Source of the DNA: Kiritimatiellia bacterium
Lineage (GTDB): Bacteria > Verrucomicrobiota > Kiritimatiellia > JAAZAB01
Assembly (NCBI GenBank): GCA_040767085.1
Contig: JAXGPF010000007.1
Coordinates: 160,001-224,000 of the forward strand
DNA: 64,000 nucleotides
Direction of reading: 5' to 3'
The notes beneath the pieces are model-generated. The model was not told the origin of the DNA, searched no databases, and saw only the letters and a list, made by a program, of their open reading frames with translations. A program made the position numbers and the translations under genes. This document shows, piece after piece, positions 57,676 through 64,000 of this stretch (position 1 is the stretch's first letter; every line of letters starts with the position of its first letter).

Positions 57676-59201
57676 TAATTTATATTATTTAATCCATAAT
57701 TTTCTGGCGGCGCAGGCGCCATGCATGAGTTGGATACGGATGACATTGTCGCGGGCGCAGATATATAATGATTTGAATAAGTATTTCCTGCGTTATTAAA
57801 ATAAACAATGGTATTATTCATCCTTCCAACCAAATGATTGATTTCATTGCTTGTGCCAATATAAACTCCGCCGCCGTTGGAAACCGAATGATTGCTGACG
57901 ATGGTGCAATTGTTTATATGCAAGCCGGTGCGATAATGATAGATGCCGCCGCCTGAATTACCGGCATAATTACCGCGAATCAAGCAATTCCTGATCTCGC
58001 CGCCGCCCGTCCAGAAGTTTATGCCGCCGCCGCTATTTCCGATGTTATCCGCGATCAGACAAGCATCCACAAGGGAATTGGTGGAAATAAATAATCCGCC
58101 TCCTCCATGGGTTGATCCGGTTCCCAATGCGTGATTATTCACTACGTCGCAACGTCTTACGATGCCGCCATCAACCGCAATGCCGCCGCCCATAGCGCCT
58201 GAGGTATTATTGCTGATTAAAGAATCTTCCAACAGTCCGCCGGCAATATACACACCGCCGCCGCCGTATCCAGAGGATCGCGTGGTGTTGCGGCTGGTAT
58301 TGCCGACCATGATGCAGTGACGCGCTTCCGCCGCCAATGAGAATAAACCGCCGGAATAATGGGCGCTGTTTCCATAAAACTGATTGGAATCGATCAGGCC
58401 GCCCTTGGCATATATACCACCGCCAAAGCCGCCGGCCCAATTGGATGCAATCATGCATCTTCTTGCCTCGGTGTTGATGTCCATATATATTCCGCCGCCA
58501 TCTATTTTAATAGCTTTATTATTACTTACCACCGTATCCACCAGCACCCCGTTGTTACGGACATATAATCCACCGCCATAGTTAGTGCTTTCATTGGCGA
58601 CGATTTCGCAATTGGTCACCATTCCGCCGTCATCCAGGTAAACTCCTCCCCCGTAATATTCGGAACGATTCCCGGTGACCAGGCAATCATCCAGCACGGC
58701 GCTGTTGGTGACATAAATCCCGCCGCCGGATTTACCGGGATTAGCAGATCCGGTGAGGGCGGCGCCGTTGGTTATGGTTAATCCCCGCAAAACGGCCTGA
58801 GGATGATCCAACCAGAAGCAACGATTGGTAAAACCAGGAGAATTACCGTCGACAATTGTGCCGTTACGGTCAATATCCCCCTTGTTCCAACTGCGGACAG
58901 TCATGGCGCTTGCGATGACAACCTGACCGGTCAGGTAATACGTGCCGTTGGACAGCCAGACATTTGTCCATCCCTGTCCGGCTGCCGCGGCAACAGCTTC
59001 ATGGATGCTGGTGGCGGCGCTGGCCCATGAATCATATGGGGCGCTGGGATTCGCATCGGGTGTCCCGGGCGGAACCACATAACTGATCTGGGCGCAGGCG
59101 TTAACAGTCGCAAGACAAGCGATAATTATCACCCGTCTGCCTGAATACCGGCGTTGGCAAGATTCAAAGGAATTGGTTTGTTCCATAAGGGCAACCCCCA
59201 T
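57669..59201 (-). pseudogene. Secreted parallel beta-helix protein, interrupted near its C-terminus
   Basis: Signal peptide, PYDSWASAA.SI..A, repeated GGGVY/C.I..N units; stop immediately after the repeat; start uncertain. Confidence 0.8.
57676..57763. repeat. 88-bp perfect direct repeat, copy 2
   Basis: Identical to 56659-56746 (offset 1017 bp). Confidence 0.95.
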
Positions 59202-59202
59202 A

Positions 59203-60522
59203 TTATTTTTTTACTTCCACGGTCACTTTTTGCCAACTTTGCGTTGGAAAATAATCCTCAAGCACCTGCGCCTGGTCGCCGCCGCGGGGAGTGATGCAGA
59301 CAGCATAAGAATATTTGCGGATGGCCGGCTGGTTTTCAATCTCGCCGGCCGATTCCTCCCATTCGTCCAGCAACAACGCGCCAGATTCATTGCGGCCGGG
59401 CGTTTGGCCATCCGCGCCGGTTAATGCCTTGCGGATTATGCGATCATCCTGCTCACACCGGGCCATGACAATGACATTATTGACCGGACGCCCATACGTG
59501 TCAATTACTTTTATAACCACATGCCGGCTGGAAACAGCACGAATGCATTCCCGCATTTCCGCGGCGCTCTTTGTTTCGCTAACGCCGCCGATGTGCGAAT
59601 TACGGACTTTAAAAACGGCATTCGTTCGCGCCGCGTAAAGGTTGCGTTTCACCGGCGGTTTGATGTCGCAATCCACCAGATAAAGATTGCCGGCGCAAAG
59701 CGACCAATTGACTTCATTATCTTCAAACCTGCATTCCGTCAATATGGCTGCAATCGGGTAACGATCTGAATCGCTGACGGCGACTTTCAAGCGGCGGAAA
59801 GTTACGCCGCGCATGACCTGCGGCCCCCAACAGAAAGCATTATTGCTGTCTTCAAAAATGCAGTTTTTAATGCTGCTGTTTTTGGCGTTCAAGCCGTAGC
59901 CAATCGTGCCTGTCACCCGTGAAATCACCGTATTTTCAATAATTATCTTATTCAGATAAAGATAAAGATGGCGTCCGATGGGATATTTCGGGTCAGCCGA
60001 GGAAAGCAATCCGTTGTAGACATGCAATTCACCGCTGTTCACCACCCCGGCGGACATGGTCCTGCCTCTGTAATAAGCGCCGGCATGAATGGTGTGTGTC
60101 GCATCCGGAGTGTTGTTGAACAGCAATTTCGCGTAAATGCCCGTATTGCCGGAACATCCCAGGGTCATTCGGTTGATTTTTTGCGGACTGGCCGGATAAA
60201 TCACCAGGTTGCCGTTCATTATCAATGTTGTATTGGGGTGTTCGGGCGAACCCAACTGAAAAAAGGTCTCGGTGTTATTATCGCGTCCGACCCATAGGTT
60301 GGCATTAATTGAATAAACGTCGTTGGAGCGTTCATAATGCACCAACCCCCAATCGTTCACCTGGTCAGCAAACAAAATCTGCCGGGGGGCAGCCGGCAAT
60401 TCCTCGGTATAATCATACAACCAGATGGCGTTGGCCTCCCGGTTATACACGCAGGCGGCATGCGCGCGCCAGAACAGGCAGAGAAACACGACAAATAACA
60501 GATGTGAGCTTGCATGTTTCAT
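59203..60522 (-). CDS. Secreted hypothetical protein with beta-helix-like repeats and C-terminal beta-sandwich
   Basis: Signal peptide ending AHA, repeated NC.FE.N units, VIDTYGRPV.NV.V. Confidence 0.75.
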   Translation of the reverse strand: MKHASSHLLFVVFLCLFWRAHAACVYNREANAIWLYDYTEELPAAPRQILFADQVNDWGLVHYERSNDVYSINANLWVGRDNNTETFFQLGSPEHPNTTLIMNGNLVIYPASPQKINRMTLGCSGNTGIYAKLLFNNTPDATHTIHAGAYYRGRTMSAGVVNSGELHVYNGLLSSADPKYPIGRHLYLYLNKIIIENTVISRVTGTIGYGLNAKNSSIKNCIFEDSNNAFCWGPQVMRGVTFRRLKVAVSDSDRYPIAAILTECRFEDNEVNWSLCAGNLYLVDCDIKPPVKRNLYAARTNAVFKVRNSHIGGVSETKSAAEMRECIRAVSSRHVVIKVIDTYGRPVNNVIVMARCEQDDRIIRKALTGADGQTPGRNESGALLLDEWEESAGEIENQPAIRKYSYAVCITPRGGDQAQVLEDYFPTQSWQKVTVEVKK

Positions 60523-60545
60523 TATTCATTCCCGCATAATAGCAA

Positions 60546-63500
60546 TTAAGGTTCAAATTCCGTCGGCTCGGCGCCCTGCTCAAATTGGACTGCGTCAATC
60601 CACACCGGCCCGTTGATCACCGACAATCCATATCCATTGTGCCGCGGGGCGTTCGCCGGCATAATCACCGGCACACGGTAACGTTTCCATTCCCGGGTAA
60701 TTTTCAACAACGTTTTTTTATTATCAACGTCCATGAAATCAATTTTGACAAGCGCCTCATCGCTATCCGCGCGCATCCAAGCCGACCATACATACGGTGT
60801 CGGCCGATCATGTTGGGGAGACAATTCAAAATAGACATAACCCGAAGCCACTCTATATGAAACCTTGCCGTGGTATGGATTATTTTTATCCAGCGAGAAT
60901 TGGGCATTGACGCGCCCGGTGCGCTCGTCGGGATGGGTCGCCCCGCAATGCGACCCAAGCCACCAATAATCGGGATAATCCGGCAAGGACGCTTCTTCAA
61001 AACTTGGATTGGGCATGATATTGCGTTTGCCGGGACGTCCCGTGCGCGGAGTCGCTGATTCCGGCTGCCAGGCGTCAAGATGCGCTTGGGCGGCAACGAC
61101 GATATCCACAGGTTTGCCGCTTTCCGGCGCGGACAGCAAGTAAGCCCGCGTGGCATACGGATCCAGTTTTTCCTGGAACGCGCCGTTTTCCAGCGCAAGG
61201 CTTCCCCCGCCGAACATGCGTTTTACCGGGCTGTGCAAACCGGGTAAATGGACTGTGAAAACAGCGGTCACCGGCCAGGGTTGACTGTTGGCCGCCAGCA
61301 GCACATATCCACCCGAAGGATTGCGCCGCAATAGCGCCTGCACATCCGGCATGATTTCCCTGCCGGGATCAAAACCGGCTGGCGCATACGTTATGCGTTG
61401 CGCCGGCAGCGGGGTCGTGAGGGCCGGATTCAAAGCGCGCAGTTCACTGCCAATTGTTTTCATCATATCCCACATAACCTGATGCTGTGACGGATAAACG
61501 AAATAAAACAGTCCGCTGGCCTGATGGATTATTGCCAGCCAGGATTGCGCCTTTTGTTCGGCGGGTAAATGGGGGCGCTTGTAATGGCCGCTGTACATTT
61601 CCAATATGGGAGTTATCCACACCGGTTTGCGTTCCTTCTCGCCACGCATGGTCAAAAGCGCCGTTTGCCCGGCGGCATAATTGGGCGAATTGCGAAAAGT
61701 GGTCACCGGAGGCGCCCAGTAAGGATCTATGGCGAGGATATCCGTCCAATCGGTGTATTTCGGGTCGGGCGGCGGGAATCCCCAAAGCACCCGCACAGGA
61801 TGATACCCATCCGTCTCATGAATCAGTTTATACAATTCCCGCCCCTGCACATACTGATCAAACCAGTGCTCGGCCATCGGCTCGTCAAAACCTTCGTACG
61901 CCATGAGCGCCGGATGATCCTTGACGGTCTCAATTCCCTGCCGGATCAACGGTTCGGCCTGACGGTAAACTTCAGCGAATATGCGCGATCTTTCCGCGCG
62001 CCCAGGCATTTTGATGACCTTGCCTTTCAATCCGGTGAAACCTCTGAAATGCAGGCCGGCAGGCAGGTTTGTGGGAACGAAGTCCGGGGTTTCGGAAAAA
62101 CCGTCAACCGTCACGCACATGCGGAGATTGTGCCTCGCAGCCATGTCCAGCGCATGCAAGGTGCCGGTGGGCGAGTTATCTTTTGCCGCCCAGTACATTA
62201 TTGCGTTGAATCCGGCCGCGGCTATCTCGCTGAAGTTTTCCTCGTTGTATACGCCCGGATTCCAGCCGCCCATCAGTATGCCGTATATGAATTGCGGCCG
62301 GCCATCATGAAGAACCATGCGGTTGATCCGGTCAATCTTCCATTCCCGGCCGGGCTTCGGCACGCGCTTGATCAATTCAAGCTGCTGTTCGGAAATCAAA
62401 CCGCCGTCCGCCTGCCGATGCGTCACTGTCAGACCGTGCCGGCCCACCGGAACATTATTCAGCGGCACCGGCACTTGCGTCAGCGACTGCGCCGCAGGCG
62501 ATTCGCCCCACACCCGCCCATCCTTGCCGGCAACCTGCAACATACTGCCGGCCAGGCCTTTTTCCGGCAATCCTGTTTCACAGATTAGATAAGCGACATC
62601 CTCCGTCGTGTAATAATTTTTATCCATATATGCTTTGAATAAATCCAGCGCGGGAGGATTTTCGATCAACAACCGTGACAACAATTCTCCGGATTGCTCC
62701 GAGAGCATTTCCACTCTGATCGAGCGCTGTCGCACCGAATTCACCGGCACCGCCACAGTGATTTCCTTCGAGGCATTACCCGGCAATTCGAGCGCAAGAT
62801 TGGTTGTCACGCCGCCGGCGCCGGCGGGCTCGTCCCGCACGCGAATAATCACCCTGCCGTCCCGGCTGCTTGAGTTACGCGCTGCCATCGCAACATCATA
62901 AAAATACTTCTTGCCTTCCGCCCGATACGCGCTCACTTGCGCCGATTCCAGCAGCGGTAGAAACGGCGCCTTGAAAACAGCGTCAGCCAACCCGGTCACC
63001 CGTCCGAATAGTTCCGGCATTCGCCACCAGTCGGAACCAACCGGCGCCCAACTGTAAACAGTGCATTCCTGATTGATTTCCACGCCATAGGGGTCCAATA
63101 CCGGCTCAAACACGTGCGCCAGCAGGTTCATACGCGCCTTAACCGGATCGCCCATTTCCATAACAACGGCAAAAGGAATCCCCAGTTCCGCCTGCCAGCC
63201 GGTTTCCGTGATGTGCGCGGCGGAACGCAATGGGCAATCCCACCCCATGTCAATTGATTCGTTTAGATTCCGCTGATCCGAAATTACGTTGCCGGCGCTC
63301 AGCCGGATATGATACCAGAGTTTGCCGGATGTACCGGGATCGAACGTAACCTTGACGCAATTCTCGCGTTGCACCCGGATCGAGTTGGAATCCCGCTGCA
63401 CCGCCTTGGGCACAATTGTCGCAGGCTGCGGATGGCGGACATCGAACCCCAAGAACAGCCAGGCATCGTCCCGCATCACCTTGGCGGTAATATTATCTGA

Positions 63501-63716
63501 TATTTGACCCTGGTTGCGTCCACGGATTACATGGAAATCCGTCAATACCGCCGCCGCCTGCCACGCCGGATCGTCCAGATTTCCGTCCATGACAGGATTG
63601 GATTTACATACGGGGATAGCCAAAGAAGGTGATGCGGAATCACCCGCGTTCGCAATCATTGTCCACGAACCGGCCAAGATAATCAACTGAACTGCTGCAA
63701 TAATATTTTTGCGCAT
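60546..63716 (-). CDS. Large secreted multidomain glycoside-hydrolase-like protein (CBM9-like, TIM barrel, CBM4/9-like)
   Basis: P.MDGNLDDPAW, WQAELGIPF, AAAGFNAI, HPALMAY..FDEP, DGYHP, DILAIDPY, NIMPNPSFEE, WIDAVQFEQG; AAAGGA RBS. Confidence 0.8.
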   Translation of the reverse strand: MRKNIIAAVQLIILAGSWTMIANAGDSASPSLAIPVCKSNPVMDGNLDDPAWQAAAVLTDFHVIRGRNQGQISDNITAKVMRDDAWLFLGFDVRHPQPATIVPKAVQRDSNSIRVQRENCVKVTFDPGTSGKLWYHIRLSAGNVISDQRNLNESIDMGWDCPLRSAAHITETGWQAELGIPFAVVMEMGDPVKARMNLLAHVFEPVLDPYGVEINQECTVYSWAPVGSDWWRMPELFGRVTGLADAVFKAPFLPLLESAQVSAYRAEGKKYFYDVAMAARNSSSRDGRVIIRVRDEPAGAGGVTTNLALELPGNASKEITVAVPVNSVRQRSIRVEMLSEQSGELLSRLLIENPPALDLFKAYMDKNYYTTEDVAYLICETGLPEKGLAGSMLQVAGKDGRVWGESPAAQSLTQVPVPLNNVPVGRHGLTVTHRQADGGLISEQQLELIKRVPKPGREWKIDRINRMVLHDGRPQFIYGILMGGWNPGVYNEENFSEIAAAGFNAIMYWAAKDNSPTGTLHALDMAARHNLRMCVTVDGFSETPDFVPTNLPAGLHFRGFTGLKGKVIKMPGRAERSRIFAEVYRQAEPLIRQGIETVKDHPALMAYEGFDEPMAEHWFDQYVQGRELYKLIHETDGYHPVRVLWGFPPPDPKYTDWTDILAIDPYWAPPVTTFRNSPNYAAGQTALLTMRGEKERKPVWITPILEMYSGHYKRPHLPAEQKAQSWLAIIHQASGLFYFVYPSQHQVMWDMMKTIGSELRALNPALTTPLPAQRITYAPAGFDPGREIMPDVQALLRRNPSGGYVLLAANSQPWPVTAVFTVHLPGLHSPVKRMFGGGSLALENGAFQEKLDPYATRAYLLSAPESGKPVDIVVAAQAHLDAWQPESATPRTGRPGKRNIMPNPSFEEASLPDYPDYWWLGSHCGATHPDERTGRVNAQFSLDKNNPYHGKVSYRVASGYVYFELSPQHDRPTPYVWSAWMRADSDEALVKIDFMDVDNKKTLLKITREWKRYRVPVIMPANAPRHNGYGLSVINGPVWIDAVQFEQGAEPTEFEP

Positions 63717-63726
63717 GTAATGTCCT

Positions 63727-64000
63727 TTAAATTACCCTGAATCCGTGACGGGCAAGCCCGTCAACTATTATTTCTCCGGAATTTTGTTTTTCCATCAGCC
63801 ACCGCCGGATATTCGATGGCCAACTTCTCAATTCTACGCTACCACCATAATGATTTGTGCGTTTTGTCAGATTACCAACCCTGATGATGATTGTCGACAT
63901 ATATGATGATTGCCTTATTTCAGTTAACATGCGCGCACAGCCGGCACAATTAACAACGGATATTTTGGAAATTGCGCATAGCTCTCGCGGTTTGCCGGTC
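63727..64000 (-). other. Possible 3' end of an upstream gene, perhaps frameshifted
   Basis: One frame is open to the window edge, but the most protein-like segments (YPLLIVPAVR, AIIIYVDN) lie in other frames. Confidence 0.3.

Noticed and set aside
56659-57763. DGR template/variable repeat pair or group II intron
   Set aside because: Repeats are identical with no adenine-specific changes, no reverse transcriptase is present, and no intron domain V or GUGYG boundary is visible; the insert reads as an IS30 relic

Overview
GC-rich bacterial chromosome segment. Gene content (DUF4838, beta-helix and lyase-like secreted proteins) suggests a polysaccharide-degrading PVC organism such as Kiritimatiellota/Lentisphaerota; this is inference only. 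A housekeeping backbone (gatA 5' end, gatC, RluB/RsuA-type pseudouridine synthase, thiG, tRNA-Cys, pyrE-pyrC-argG converging on argF-pyrB, tRNA-Pro) is interleaved with accessory carbohydrate clusters: LacI/GH20/GNAT/lyase-like/deacetylase-like; GH2/GH1/GntR; nitrilase/oxidoreductases/DUF4838/FGE; and an apparently lower-GC block of secreted proteins at the right end. There is also a redox/sulfur group (acylating ALDH, STAS, CoA-disulfide reductase-rhodanese-TusA-DsrE fusion). Mobile DNA comprises an intact IS1202-like element with a perfect 17-bp target duplication, IS30 and IS4 relics, several REP-like repeat families and a probable GIY-YIG relic behind tRNA-Pro. Most notable: (1) three secreted proteins of two unrelated folds end in the same 7-residue tail G-T-h-h-x-h-(R/K)-stop, a candidate lineage-specific sorting signal; (2) two insertions are bracketed by long direct repeats (43 bp degenerate around a 12.5-kb sugar island, 88 bp perfect splitting a beta-helix gene) with no integrase visible; (3) several genes have collapsed to tiny stubs. 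All family assignments are by eye from motifs; no searches were run.
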